DNA of 63,187 nucleotides, the filler included, from Octopus bimaculoides (taxonomy: Eukaryota): the NCBI RefSeq assembly GCF_001194135.2. It is 6 parts of 6 records of this genome, joined end to end, with 100 filler letters (N's around TTAATTAATTAA, not from the genome) between each part and the next. Parts side by side here need not be neighbours in the genome. Positions count along the whole stretch, not along the records: positions 61,691 to 63,187 come from NW_026343219.1; 5 more parts are not named here. One strand, 5' to 3'. Below, in pieces: positions 63,173 through 63,187 of this stretch (position 1 is the first letter of the stretch; every line of letters begins with the position of its first letter). The position numbers were made by a program, and so were the translations under genes. The notes beneath the pieces were generated by a model. The model was not told the DNA's origin. It worked only from the letters and a program-made list of their open reading frames with translations, and ran no database searches.

Positions 63173-63187
63173 TATATATATATATAT

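Overview
Eukaryotic, AT-rich, microsatellite- and transposon-dense DNA with many N gaps. The repeat families and composition point to an octopus (coleoid cephalopod) draft assembly; this is an inference. Only one host coding exon is well supported: 41463-42404 (+), a terminal exon ending in a pair of C2H2 fingers of the Ikaros/Hunchback C-terminal dimerisation type. A candidate promoter/first exon (16.0-16.2 kb; ETS-CRE and YY1 motifs, GTAAGT donor) and a candidate exon running into a 629-N gap (29159) may belong to the same gene. The rest is several tRNA-headed SINE families (labelled A-E here), RTE, L1/Tx1 and R4/Dong LINE fragments, Tc1/mariner remnants, hAT-, TTAA- and Helentron-type non-autonomous elements, minisatellites and microsatellites. 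The most unusual signal is a repeat present as two head-to-head foldback pairs (50953-51629, 54270-54662). Its unit joins a tRNA-like B-box head, a (TAA)n tract and a minimal type I hammerhead ribozyme of the Penelope-associated kind. This suggests a ribozyme-carrying SINE-like element; all four copies in the window are mutated. Family names come from motif recognition by eye, not database searches, and coordinates of degenerate repeats are approximate.
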